Below are positions 42,902-54,645 of a DNA stretch of 64,000 bases, piece by piece (position 1 is the stretch's first letter; each line of letters starts with the position of its first letter). The notes under the pieces were generated by a model. It ran no database searches. It saw nothing but the letters and a program-made list of their open reading frames with translations, and was not told the DNA's origin. Both the position numbers and the translations under genes were made by a program. The stretch comes from Lingula anatina (taxonomy: Eukaryota; Animalia; Brachiopoda), in contig CM120643.1 in assembly GCA_051362555.1 (NCBI GenBank), positions 14,048,644 through 14,112,643 of the forward strand. Direction: 5' to 3'.

Positions 42902-43430
42902 TGGATACTTAACATTTTCCTAGTCTCTGATTGCCAATAGTTGTGGAAGTATGGTTCTAAATTATTATGTTTTAGTTAGGTTGGAGGAGGTCAGTGGCCT
43001 GTGTAGTGGACGGCTGATCCTCATCCAAACTATTGGTCTACACAGATTAATCCAACCCTGTGGAGACTCTTGCTGAATGCACTCAGTTAAGCTTGTTTCT
43101 AATGTACTTATCTAATCACCAGTCTTTCTATATTCATCTTGATGCCAGGAGGAGGTGTTTATCTTTGAAAATAAACCCTTAAAACGTGCTCAGTAATGAA
43201 ATGAAGTCGGGGGGGGGGGGGGGGGGGGGCGGTCGCATTCAGGAAAAATAAGCATGGGGGGGGGGGGGGTGATTCCCCACAGCCTTCCCGTGCGTATGAC
43301 TGAGTGGTTTAGAAAAACGAAGGGGGGGGGGGGGTTCTCGTAGCCTCTCTCCCTTTGGCCCACGTACCCTTTGTGTACTTTATTATGCTCTGCATATTTT
43401 AAAATCTGTGAAGGCAGTATATGACGAGTT

Positions 43431-43449
43431 CAATTAGCCAAGATAATCT
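43431..43449 (+). promoter_or_regulatory. Conserved upstream motif, variant caattagccAAGATAATCT (gene 10)
   Basis: Matches gene 11 caattagccAAGACAAGCT at the same distance (428 vs 429 bp) from the ATG. Confidence 0.55.
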
Positions 43450-43867
43450 AACTTATAGTTGAATATGATTACCATATACCATTTTTTGTGATTTTAGGAA
43501 AATTTCCTATAGTGGTTTTTAATTATTTCCTAATTAATTATCGTTTATCTTTATTTTTATTCAAAGGCAGAGTGGAAAAGTATCTAGAGATTAACATTAT
43601 GTTATCGGTAACTAGCAATTTTCCTTTTTCCAATCATCAATATTTGGCAGGCCATTTTGCCACTGCGTAGACCGAGCGGCCGGCACAATTTTTTTCTGCA
43701 GAAACTGTTCATTGTCTTCGATTTAAACTTTTTAATTTAAAGATCCTTTGGGTAAGATACTAATTAAATCCTAAGTTCCTGATTACGCGAGGTCTCGGAT
43801 CGCATTTCATGCAGCTGTACAACCTTTAAAAATTTCTATCGATGAAGTGAAAGCCAGTGAATCGATA

Positions 43868-46171
43868 ATGTCTACACCTGATGAAGAAAGAAGTGAAGAA
43901 AGCATAAAAGGCCATGAAAAGGAGCTTCCCTCCATAGGTGCTAATTATACAGATATGTCTGTTCAGAGACAAGGAATGTATTTAGCTGAAGATAAAGGAA
44001 CTTTGAAAAAAGATGTGGATGATCAAAACAGTTTTGAAAATAACGACGAAGAAGGACTGCAAAAGACTAGCTCACAGGTTAAAAGTATAAGTAAAGAAGA
44101 AACATCATTTATTTCTGCACCTTACCAACACGTCACAAATGAGCCTGCTAATTTAACAAGAAAGGATCCAAAACAAATCCCCAAGTGTGTGGTCTGTGGT
44201 CCACCCACAGACACTATCAAGAGTAAATACACAAAGCTCTCCTCTTGTCCTGATATTGAAAAGGAAATCCGTGAACTTTTGAAAATACTTTCACCTCTTG
44301 ATGATTCAGAAGTCTGCTGTTGTAGGTGTCTAGATTTCTTGAAGACGTATATGCAGCTTAAGAATGATTTTCAAACCATGAAGCGGAAGATAATAGCTCT
44401 TCACATCGATGCACAGCTACATGTACAATTACATGACGATGACAATCATCCTGGGGAATCAGATTCAGAAAAACTTGAACTGGGTGATGAAGGGAATAAA
44501 TGTCACAATCCGGATAAAGATATTGATATGCTTATCAAGCATGAAAGTATTGCCATCAAATCTGCTGATGAAGGTGATTCTGTTGAAGAAGAAGTTACCT
44601 CCCAAAAGGTCTTTAAGTGTCAGCACTGCAGTAAAATTTATACAAGGAAAGATGAATGGACAGTGCATGAGAGAAGACATACTGGAGAAAAGCCATTCAA
44701 ATGTCAGCATTGTGACAAAGGTTTTTATAGGAAATCTACTTGTGATCAGCACGAAAAGAAGATGCACGTAGACAGACCATACCAATGTAAGATTTGCTTT
44801 AAGAATTTCCCAACCACTAAAGACTGTGAGGAACATGAAAGTACTCACACTACACCAAGACCTTTCCACTGTCAATATTGTGACAGATCATTTGACAGGA
44901 AGGATAAATGGATTGAACATGAACGGAGTCACACTGGAGAAAAGCCATTTAAATGTCGACGCTGTGGCCAGGGCTTTGTTAGAAATAATGCACGTGTAAG
45001 ACACGAAAAGAAAAAGCATGGTTTATTTCCCATGAAAAAAATTAACGCTAAGGCAAAGGAAAGTAAGAAGAAGATCAACTTGGAGGTAAAACCATTTAAA
45101 TGCCAACATTGTGATAAAACATTCAACAGAAAAAGTGAACAAATTTTCCATGAAAGAGTTCACACAGGTGAGAGACCCTTTAAGTGCGAACACTGCCAGA
45201 AAGCTTTTACAAGAAAAAGTGCGTGTATTAAACATGAGAAAAAACATAACGTTAATTTAAAACCAGTGGACTGTTCCCAGTGTGGTAAACCGTGTTTGGG
45301 AAAAAGAGCACTTGAGGAGCATGAGAAAACTCACCGTGATAGAAAACCATACAAATGTGGATTGTGTGATAAGGCATTTCCCTCAAAATGCCAGTTGGAA
45401 GACCATGAAAGAACCCACACTGGTGAGAAGCCATATTTATGTCAATACTGTACCAGAAGCTTTGCCCAAAAGTCGACATTGTGGTTGCATGAAAGGACAC
45501 AACACAATGGGGAAAAGCCATTCAAATGTCAGTATTGTGAGGAGCGTTTTCCCACCAGATTATATTGTGTTGAACATGAACGTTTCCACACTGGAGAAAA
45601 ACCATTCAAATGTGATTTTTGTGACAGAAGATTTGTTAGGAAAGCAAATTGGAGAGATCATGTAAAGACTCACTCGGGAATTAAACCACATGTTTGCTCT
45701 TACTGTGGGAAAAGATTTCTTAAAAAACAGACATGTGTTGTACATGAAAGAACTCACACTGGAGAGAGACCATTTCAGTGCCAATACTGTGATAAAAGGT
45801 TCATCAGGAAATCAAAATGCAATGAACATGAAAGGATCCACACTGGAGAGAAAGTAGTCAAAAGTCAACAATCTGGAAACAAAGCGAGAAACCCAGCAAA
45901 AGTGCACAAAAATCAGCATGTTGATGAAACCTTTAAGGGTCCAAACGCCACTAGTGATGGGTCTTTTATGAGTCACCTCTCTGAAAATGCTTCCAGGAGC
46001 CAGCACCCTGATAACTCATATGTTAATCAACAGTCTGACAGCATATTCAGGAATCAGCATCCTGAACTGCCATTCAGAGCTCCACATTCTAATCATGTAT
46101 TCCCAACACCAGAAGTGGTTTATTCTGGAGATAACCCTTATATGTACAGTATGTATATGCCAGGAGTGTAA
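43868..46171 (+). CDS. ZAD-like/C2H2 zinc-finger protein, array gene 10 (14 fingers; ends YSMYMPGV)
   Basis: 774-aa ORF in the track (GTG start 43847). First ATG at 43868 in tcgataATG context. Contains CVVC..CCCRC and IKHE. Confidence 0.95.
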   Translation: MSTPDEERSEESIKGHEKELPSIGANYTDMSVQRQGMYLAEDKGTLKKDVDDQNSFENNDEEGLQKTSSQVKSISKEETSFISAPYQHVTNEPANLTRKDPKQIPKCVVCGPPTDTIKSKYTKLSSCPDIEKEIRELLKILSPLDDSEVCCCRCLDFLKTYMQLKNDFQTMKRKIIALHIDAQLHVQLHDDDNHPGESDSEKLELGDEGNKCHNPDKDIDMLIKHESIAIKSADEGDSVEEEVTSQKVFKCQHCSKIYTRKDEWTVHERRHTGEKPFKCQHCDKGFYRKSTCDQHEKKMHVDRPYQCKICFKNFPTTKDCEEHESTHTTPRPFHCQYCDRSFDRKDKWIEHERSHTGEKPFKCRRCGQGFVRNNARVRHEKKKHGLFPMKKINAKAKESKKKINLEVKPFKCQHCDKTFNRKSEQIFHERVHTGERPFKCEHCQKAFTRKSACIKHEKKHNVNLKPVDCSQCGKPCLGKRALEEHEKTHRDRKPYKCGLCDKAFPSKCQLEDHERTHTGEKPYLCQYCTRSFAQKSTLWLHERTQHNGEKPFKCQYCEERFPTRLYCVEHERFHTGEKPFKCDFCDRRFVRKANWRDHVKTHSGIKPHVCSYCGKRFLKKQTCVVHERTHTGERPFQCQYCDKRFIRKSKCNEHERIHTGEKVVKSQQSGNKARNPAKVHKNQHVDETFKGPNATSDGSFMSHLSENASRSQHPDNSYVNQQSDSIFRNQHPELPFRAPHSNHVFPTPEVVYSGDNPYMYSMYMPGV

Positions 46172-46743
46172 TTTTGACGTTGTGTTTCCTTTCAAGTAGG
46201 GTCTATCTAATTCTGTACTGAGTGAAAATAGATAAATTATTTTGTACTTTAGAACTTCAAATGAATCACTTACTGCCAGTAGTTTATGATACAAAAATCT
46301 GTTAAGTGAATGCAAAGAGGTAAAAATGACAACACTTATTATGTAATATATGAAATGATGTCGAGCGCTAGGTGTATAGAGATTTGAAAGTGAAGGTAAT
46401 TTCTAACAGCTGCATGGTACACAGTATATGGAAAATAATTAGATAATAAGATACTTTCAGAATATAGAAATGAACATGCTTGAAATTTGTTAAAATAAGC
46501 TTAGATCATGTTATTCACCCAAGAAAGGGAATTTGTCACTGACTTGCAATTCATAGTAATGATATAATAACACATGAAAACATAAAAACAAAACGCATTA
46601 ACATTAATATGTGAAAACATATATATATATAATGCAAGATGATGAGTATTATAAAGTTACACAACATCAGTCCTACACATTTACTAGTAAAATACTGAAA
46701 CCTGCTTTAACAACTACTAATTGACTAGACTGAGATATCTGGA

Positions 46744-46958
46744 CAGTGGCGGATTTAGATGGGGGTCAGGGGGGTCCTGACCCTTCAGTCTCTGAAAAAA
46801 ATCACACTGATTTTCCCCTCTTGGAATTAGAATTTTGACTACTAGTAGCTGATTTATAGTTCTAAACCACACCAAAGGGCTTCATTTGCCCTCTTAAATA
46901 CCAAAAATTTTCGGGGCCCTTTAGTGGCCCCCTTCAAATATTCCTGGATCTGCCAATG
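46744..46958 (+). mobile_element. MITE with CAG termini and 5-bp TSD (CTGGA); hAT5-like
   Basis: cagtggcggatttaga ... cctggatctgccaatg, with ctgga at 46739-46743 and 46959-46963. Confidence 0.75.
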
Positions 46959-47944
46959 CTGGAGTAGAAACATGGGTTTAACTATTTAAATGACTTAGTA
47001 CATCTGGGTAATTGTACAGCCTCTATGGAACAAAGGAATTTGGAAACATGTCCTGTGAAAGTGTTTTTTTTTTTTTAGCCATTTTCCAGATGGAAGTAGT
47101 TTCAATTTAGAATGCAAAATATGTTGATAATTATTCATAATTGCTTTAGTAGTTTTTTCATTACATGTCTCTAGGTGTGATGTGTTAGTCTATCCACTGT
47201 AATGTGCTTGATTCATACTGTACACCAGACTGTGCTGGTAAAAATATGAAGACATAAATAGTTACAGTAATAATACAAAAAAGACATGTTATTACCTCTC
47301 TTGGCTTGTTTAATATTTTTCTTGTTTTGTCAGTAATACTGGAGAACCAACATGCATTTCAGCATAAGCATAACTGATTACAGAATAGTAAACAATGCCA
47401 TACATCTTTCTGTCTACATTAAACTTTAGGTAATATTGGTTAAATACAGCCTTTTGTTTTCTTTGTAACATGCTCTTTCCACTTCAAGTTGTCATCTATA
47501 ATGCATCCTTAGTATTTATACTTTTAAGTTCTAGGGTAACATTATCATCTTTAATAGGTCCTGGTGAACAAGCTTAGACATTTCTTCTTAAGTCAAAAAT
47601 CATTTCTTTAATTTTTCCAACATTTAATTGTAATTAAATTTCATCATACCATTACTTTGTCTTGATTTGTCACTCTTTGATCGTATTCATTATTTTGACT
47701 GAAAAATGAAAATAATCAAGATGTGAAGTGTTACAACATTTTGTGTAAATAAAGACTATAAAAAGTACTATGTGCTATTTTTTTATTAAATAATTGTCTA
47801 TCATTAAATTAAATCTTTTTCAATAGTTTTTTCCCTTCATTTGTACATTTTTAGACTAATTAATGGTTTGTGCCACGGTGATCAATAATTTTAAATTACA
47901 AGAAAAAAAAAATAAAAAATCAATAATGCGTGGGTCAATTAGCC

Positions 47945-47954
47945 AAGACAAGCT
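47945..47954 (+). promoter_or_regulatory. Conserved upstream motif AAGACAAGCT (gene 11)
   Basis: Exact 10-mer 429 bp before the ATG, preceded by caattagcc. Confidence 0.55.
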
Positions 47955-48373
47955 TTTATTTTCCTAAGATATGTGGACATAACTGCACTGTTTGCAGTAA
48001 CAGGATATTGTAACATTACGTTGTAATAAAATGTTAACTAATATGAGTAATCAAGTTGAAATACTGTACATTATATGAAGACCTGAAAACTGTTATGCGC
48101 AACTAAAAATATATATATATATATCGGCGGAGTAATGTTCCCATTTTGCGTGGCATATATTCCAGAGGTTTTGTCGATACAATCTGTTGCTGGCTCCGAG
48201 TTAACTGTTATCACCGTGTGATATAATAGAGAAGATGCATGGAGTCAAAAATCCAGTACAAGGTGATTGTTTAGCACAGATATGGTGTTCCTATAACAGT
48301 TAGTTTTTTCTTGTTCTCCGATGCAGTATATTTACTCGAGCTAAGCAAACGCCCTGACCTACTTACATTCACG

Positions 48374-50827
48374 ATGTCCACAGCTGGAGAATACTCTACC
48401 ACGAACGAAGAAAAAACATGTGATAAAGAAGTCCCAGTAATGAATGAGCCAGCAGAAGTTCACGAAAGCGGCCCTGTGAATGAGAAAGACATAAATGGCG
48501 CGGATAAAATCCCATATGTGATGCCAATGACTGCTACTACTACAGGTAGCAGTAGTAATAAAGCATTAGCAGCTGCAGATACGAAAGAAAAAAGTATCGC
48601 TCAAGGATGTAACCCTGACAGTGATCAAATCGGTTTAAAGAGTTTTGATGCTGCTCAAAACAAAATAGAAGACTGTGCCACAGGTACTATGGATGCAGAA
48701 ACATCATCTGCTTCTAGCAGCAGTCTTGATAATGGGCCTCAGTTTACCAAGGATGAGGTAACTGGTGATGCTACTAGGAAGTCAGACAACAGTGTTGAGC
48801 ATGTTGATAAATGTTTAATCTGTGGTCCACCAACAGGCACTTCAAGGATCGAATACACTAAACTCTCTTCTTGTCCTGAAATTCAGAATGAGATTTGTGA
48901 ACTTTTGAAAATACTGTCTCCTCCAGATGATTCAGATGTTTGTTGTGATAGATGCTTGGGCTTAATGAAAAATTTTGTCAGACTTAAAAATGAATATCTT
49001 AACATGAAACGGAAAATAATTGCACTCCATATTGATGCACAACTTGATTTACGAGAGAGTTGCAACAATAAGGTATCAGAGTCTGAAGTTTGTGAAATAA
49101 CTGAGCCCACGGATAAAATCAACAAACCCAACTACCAGGAACAAAATTGTGCAATGTTGGTCAAGCATGAAAATATTGATCTTGGATTTGATGATGACAG
49201 TGACAGTACTGAAGAAGAAGTGCCACAAAAAAGGAAAAGGGAGAATCCTCCCAGAAGGAAAACTTTCAAATGCCAGAACTGTGATAAAATATTCAGGAGG
49301 AAGGATGAATTGGTTGTCCACGAACGGACTCACACTGGCGAAAGACCATTTAAATGTCAGTTCTGTGACAGCAGTTTTCATAGAAAAAACATTTGTGTAA
49401 AGCATGAAAAGAAACATCTAGATAAGCCATTCAGATGTAAATATTGCGTGAGAATTTTTTCCACCAGGGAGGAATGTGAAGAGCATGAAAATACTCACAC
49501 TTTGATACGTCCATACCAGTGCCTGCATTGTGGCAAAACTTTTGCAAGGAAAGGGGAAAGTACCTTGCATGAAAGGACTCACACAGGGGAAAGACCTTTC
49601 AAATGTGAGCACTGTGATAAAAGATTTTTCAGAAAGAATGCATGTGTAAAACATGAAAAGAAAACGCACAAGGGTTTGGTATCAACAAGAAAAACTGTTT
49701 CATCATCAGAGAAAACAAGTTGCAAAAAGATGGTTCCTCAAGCAGGACCATTCAAGTGCTCACAGTGTGATAAAACATTCAAAAAGAAATGGGAAAGTAT
49801 AGCACATGAAAGAATTCATACTGGAGAAAGGCCTTTTCAGTGTCAACACTGTGAAAAAACCTTTATCAGGAAAAATTCATGTGTAAAGCATGAGAAAAAA
49901 CATTCTATTAAATCATTTAACTGTTCTCATTGTGGTAAAATTTGTTTGGGAAAGAGAGCACTAGACAAGCATGAGAAAACTCACTTTGGTGGTAAGCCAT
50001 ATAAATGTAGGGGCTGCGATAAGACATTTGCCTGGAGAACGCAATGGGAAGAACATGAAAGAATTCACACCGGAGAAAAGCCTTTCCTGTGTCAGTTCTG
50101 TGATAAACGTTTCACACAGAGTTCTACTTGTTTATTGCATGAAAGGACACAGCACACTGGCGAAAGACCATTCAAATGTCAGTATTGTGATCAGGCATTT
50201 GCAACCAAAGGATATCGTGAAGTTCATGAACGCTACCACACTGGTGAAAAACCATTCAAATGTAGTTACTGTGGAAAGGCATTTATAAGAAAAGGTAACT
50301 GCAGAGACCATGAACGAACTCACACGGGTATTAAGCCATATGTGTGCTTGTACTGCGGAAAAGGATTTTTTGACAAAAGTGATTGTGTTGTACACGAAAG
50401 AATTCACACAGGTGAAAGACCATTTAAATGCCAGTTCTGTGATAAAACATACACCACCAAGAAACACTGTATACAGCATGAAAGAACCCACAGTGGAGGG
50501 AAGGCAGCCAAAAAGCAGACATCTGGTAGTACATTGAAAAACGTGGTTCCTGACCACGCCTACAAACTTCTGGACTATAACAACAAATTAAAAAATCCGG
50601 ACATGGACGGCACCTTTAAAAGTCAGCATTCTGAGAACACTTTCAGAACTCCCCTGCCCGATCACTCATATCTAAGTCAGCACCCCAGTAACTTATTTGG
50701 AAATCAGCAGCCTGATAACAATACATTTAGAGGTCCACATTCTAGTAGTGCCTTCCCTACCCCTGAAGTTGTATACCCACCTGGAGATAACCCATACCTA
50801 TATGGCATGTACATGCCAGGAGTGTGA
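48374..50827 (+). CDS. ZAD-like/C2H2 zinc-finger protein, array gene 11 (14 fingers; ends YGMYMPGV)
   Basis: 838-aa ORF in the track (TTG start 48311). First ATG 48374 (MSTAG). Contains CLIC..CCDRC and VKHE. Confidence 0.95.
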   Translation: MSTAGEYSTTNEEKTCDKEVPVMNEPAEVHESGPVNEKDINGADKIPYVMPMTATTTGSSSNKALAAADTKEKSIAQGCNPDSDQIGLKSFDAAQNKIEDCATGTMDAETSSASSSSLDNGPQFTKDEVTGDATRKSDNSVEHVDKCLICGPPTGTSRIEYTKLSSCPEIQNEICELLKILSPPDDSDVCCDRCLGLMKNFVRLKNEYLNMKRKIIALHIDAQLDLRESCNNKVSESEVCEITEPTDKINKPNYQEQNCAMLVKHENIDLGFDDDSDSTEEEVPQKRKRENPPRRKTFKCQNCDKIFRRKDELVVHERTHTGERPFKCQFCDSSFHRKNICVKHEKKHLDKPFRCKYCVRIFSTREECEEHENTHTLIRPYQCLHCGKTFARKGESTLHERTHTGERPFKCEHCDKRFFRKNACVKHEKKTHKGLVSTRKTVSSSEKTSCKKMVPQAGPFKCSQCDKTFKKKWESIAHERIHTGERPFQCQHCEKTFIRKNSCVKHEKKHSIKSFNCSHCGKICLGKRALDKHEKTHFGGKPYKCRGCDKTFAWRTQWEEHERIHTGEKPFLCQFCDKRFTQSSTCLLHERTQHTGERPFKCQYCDQAFATKGYREVHERYHTGEKPFKCSYCGKAFIRKGNCRDHERTHTGIKPYVCLYCGKGFFDKSDCVVHERIHTGERPFKCQFCDKTYTTKKHCIQHERTHSGGKAAKKQTSGSTLKNVVPDHAYKLLDYNNKLKNPDMDGTFKSQHSENTFRTPLPDHSYLSQHPSNLFGNQQPDNNTFRGPHSSSAFPTPEVVYPPGDNPYLYGMYMPGV

Positions 50828-52138
50828 TTTAAAAATCAGCCTATATACAGCATTTAAATTATCATGATTGGCGCCGTGACTGCAAACATTATTGCCCTCA
50901 CCCATTCTGTGTCATTTCAATAAACAGTGAATGAAACCAAAAATGAAAGTAAAGTATATGGTTGATCGTGAAGAAAATATTTTGCAAATATGTGCATAGC
51001 TGTGTCAGACTGGATATTGTAGATGTTTACACTACTTGTGTATTTGAAAATTTTAAAGATTATATGCCAATTTAATGGTTACATATAAGGCTTATTTCAA
51101 AAGTTGATTAAAAAGGCCTTTTAATACCGTCTGTTAACAGTCTGTAGCATTAATCAGAAAAATATTTTATTGCAATATATGTCAATGATTAAAGGATCAC
51201 AATTTTTACAAATTATCAATAAAAATTTAGGGTCATGTTATTTTAGAATTTTATTTTATAATTAGTTTATGAAATAGAAGGAAATTTTTGAAAGATTGTT
51301 TTAGTCAAATAGATTGTGACTTTCTTTTGCAAGATAGCTTTGAATGCCATCTTATATTGATACCTTTTAAAACCCATTTTATGTAACACCATGTATATAA
51401 TGAATTTTTAAATTCATTGGAAAGCAGTTATGTTATATTTTGTTTGGCAAATAAAAACTCATATTCAATAAACAATACTCAAAATCCAGTTTTTCCATAT
51501 TTTACATGTAATGATAGTCCTAGAAAGTTTTTTAGTATATAGTTTAATGAAAAATGCCCATATAAGTAGATTATTCGCATAAAAGAAGAGGGAAATCTGA
51601 GAAGTACTATTAGACATGTTGTTTTGGTGACGTCTATTTTTTATTTTTTTTTTGTTAAAAAAAACATTCTCTAGCCAAATGTATGCATTGAAACAAAGCA
51701 GCCCAAGTGGGTAATCATCCTTTAAACAAACATTTACATGGTGTGCCATAAAACAAGCTATGGGAGCATTCACAATGAAATTGTTGTACTAAGAAAAGCG
51801 ATCCAACTCTGCAGGGATTTGTGCTGATAGAGATCAAATTAAATGATGTCTCCCGAGCAGGTTGGTGGGTGATTAACTTTTGTTTGAGTTCAAGTGGTTT
51901 CCTAAGTTGATCATCCCCTTGTTGCTGGAATCCAGGGGCCAATTCCATAAAAGCATTCTAAGCCCTAGTTGGTTGCTAACCTTAATTCTATCTCTAGTTG
52001 CATACTAACTATTCCATAAAGCAATTCTAAGCCTAGTATAGTTCTAAGTTTCATGCTAAAGTCAGAGTTGGACTGGGTATCTTCTAAATCACTAGTATCA
52101 TTCTAACTCATTTCTGCTCATACCTCTGAGGTGTAAGG

Positions 52139-52360
52139 ACGGCCAGGAGAATTTTAGAAATTGTGGAACTCCGCAGAGCAATGCGGCTGAAACAAGTGTT
52201 TCGGGATTGAAGGAATCTATTGGACATTTTTGATGATGTGGAACTTGTAAAAAGATACAGTTTTTCCAGAGAAGGCATTTTGCTGATAACTGACATTGTC
52301 AAAAATGACATTACCCAACATACCAGGAGAAATCATGCCTTATTACCTTATTACAGTTAA
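52139..52360 (+). pseudogene. N-terminal fragment of a Harbinger (HARBI1-like) transposase
   Basis: Translates to (T)ARRILEIVELRRAMRLKQVFRD*RNLLDIFDDVELVKRYSFSREGILLITDIVKNDITQHTRRNHALLP, which resembles the usual Harbinger transposase N-terminus. In-frame TGA at 52208; DDE core absent. Confidence 0.8.
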
Positions 52361-52639
52361 ATGGACACGGAGCACGTGCATTAATTACTTACACCAAATA
52401 GATTCTACACTTTATTCTTGCTTGAGAGAATGAAAAGAGAAAGAACATTGGATTTAATGTTCTGACAGGAGATTTAATGTTTTAGGCAAATGTCCTACAA
52501 TTAGTATTTAGAATTATTTTGCAGACAGTGGATATAAATGGTATTGCTAACAAACTGAAATACACTGGTGATGAATGGTCAGTGTCATCTTTATGTGTGC
52601 TTCCATTAAGTTTATGTTCCAACAGTTCAATTTCAAATT

Positions 52640-52641
52640 TC

Positions 52642-52693
<52 letters not shown>

Positions 52694-52966
52694 CTTAACT
52701 TCAGATTCTCTTGCATGAGATTCCATTTTTAGTTTAGAGAGTTTTGTCTTCAAGTCTTCCAAAGATCTCGACACATTAGGAAACCTTGCCTTGTGCTGAT
52801 TCAGTATGCTTTCGCAAGCTTTATTTTTCCTAGCATTGGTGTTAGCATCCTTGTGTTGACTATCTAATGTGTACTTAAATTCTTCATAGCATTCGGCTAT
52901 GAAGAGATATTCTTGTGTCAAATAATTCAGCTTTCGTTGTCTCTTCCCTGAAGCTGAAGTTGCCAT
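52640..52966 (-). pseudogene. Myb/SANT-like DNA-binding protein of the Harbinger element (truncated at a poly-A run)
   Basis: RKLNYLTQEYLFIAECYEEFKYTLDSQHKDANTNARKNKACESILNQHKARFPNVSRSLEDLKTKLSKLK fits the Myb/SANT-like (MSANTD/NAIF1-type) pattern, with its tryptophans decayed. Confidence 0.75.
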
Positions 52967-53073
52967 TTTGACCACTTTCTGTATAGGACTTTTATGGAAT
53001 ACATGGGAATGCCTTGACCAGTAACTTAATTGCCTCAGCCTGCACTCAGTTCAACTTTTACCCTGTCACTGCC

Positions 53074-53599
53074 GGGGCCGTAGCAATGGGGCCGTAGCAA
53101 TAGTCCGAAGGTTCAATAGTCCGAAGGTTCATTGGTCCGAATATTCACTATAGAACCTTCGGACCAATGAACCCTTGATTAAAAAAATCGATGAAAATGT
53201 TACCACTTTTCGGACCAATGAACCTTCGGACTAATGAACCTTCGGACTATCGAGACGCCCTCGTAGCAATAGTCTGAAGGTTCAATAGTCCGAAGGTTCA
53301 TTGGTCCGAATGTTCACTACAGAACCTTCGGACCAATGAACCCTTGATTAAAAAAATCGATGAAAATGTTACCACTTTTCGGACCAATGAACCTTCGGAC
53401 TAATGAACCTTCGGACTATCGAGACGCCCTCGTAGCAATAGTCCGAAGGTTCAATAGTCCGAAGGTTCATTGGTCCGAATGTTCACTACAGAACCTTCGG
53501 ACCAATGAACCCTTGATTAAAAAACCGATGAAAATGTTACCGTTTTTCGGACCAATGAACCTTTGGACCAATGAACCTTCGGACTATCGAGACGCCCCC
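53074..53599. mobile_element. Foldback-family mini-element present as a 3 x 169-bp head-to-tail array, 8-bp TSD TCACTGCC
   Basis: Same termini as 23615-25434, in the opposite orientation. cgtagcaatagtc recurs at 53093, 53262 and 53431. TSD at 53066-53073 and 53600-53607. Confidence 0.9.
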
Positions 53600-54170
53600 T
53601 CACTGCCTATTGTTTGGCGAAACTGACCCTTTGGTTTTGTGGTTTTCCTATGAAGACACCATTCTAGTCATATCTTAGCAATAAACTAGTAAGAATGATT
53701 CTTAGTATGGTTTTATGGAATAGAAATTAGTTGATTGCTAATTAACAAGTATACAACTAGGGATTAAGAATCATTCTAAGGCCTAGTATTATGCTAATTA
53801 AGTTAGAATGCCTTTATGGAATTGGCCCCAGGTGTGTTATTCAGTCTGACTACATGCATTCAGTCTGAGTCCCTGCAGAGTTAGATCAATTGATCTACCT
53901 AGCAAGAGTTCCATTATGGTAATTCCACTATGCATAAAGTCAAGACTCTTTTAATAATATTCTTTAACTTGACTTAAGCCAAATGAACATTCATTTACTG
54001 TAATTATTTTTTCACTTTCCTTGATAGCCTGTATTTTATTATTATTATTATTATAATTATTATTATTATTTTTATTTATTTTTGTTTGTTTGTTTGTTGG
54101 TTTCTTTATTTTTCAAAGGGGTAGTGATTTCATTAGTATGTCGTAAAAAATCTACGTGTTTTAGTATGAT

Positions 54171-54180
54171 AAGATAAGCC
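54171..54180 (+). promoter_or_regulatory. Possible variant of the upstream motif, AAGATAAGCC (gene 12)
   Basis: Two mismatches, 475 bp before the ATG. Confidence 0.3.
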
Positions 54181-54645
54181 ATAAATGCCTCGTGTATGAA
54201 AATGTTCACTCAGGCAATACTAATCTCGTATCGGTATATAGTTATTACCCTTTTAACAACAAATTAAAGTTGTTTTCATTGTTTGGGATTCTTCTAGGAA
54301 GTTGAAGAGATCAATATTAAGAGACAAGGTACGGTCTGGATCACAGGATCACATTTAAAAAACAGTTTGCTGTCTTAAGCATTCATAAGAAACATGCAGA
54401 TTTTGTAATGAAAACCCCAAAAACATATTCACCGTCACCACCCATATGATTGATGGAACTCGGACTCGCTGCATGTTCTTTAATTTCACCATTTTAAGAA
54501 CTAAGTATTCAAACATCAGAAAATCCAGAGCCATAAAGTAACGAAGAAGGGGGAAGAGTCTTAATTTGATGCAAGTAAAAATTTCCTGTCAGGCATGTCT
54601 AGCTCTCCCAAGTGAAAAAATAAAGAAGGGGAGACTGTAAACAAC

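Larger units (their letters stand above)
51936..53828. mobile_element. Internally deleted PIF/Harbinger DNA transposon, 25-bp TIRs, CAG TSD
   Basis: Left gggccaattccataaaagcattcta versus right reverse complement gggccaattccataaaggcattcta. CAG at 51933-51935 and 53829-53831. Carries convergent transposase and Myb/SANT remnants. Confidence 0.9.
51762..53900. mobile_element. Old MITE split by the Harbinger insertion (arms ~51762-51935 and ~53829-53900)
   Basis: gatccaactctgcaggga (51800-51817) is inverted to tccctgcagagttagatc (53870-53887). Its gggagcattca end and arms resemble 63086-63345. Confidence 0.6.
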
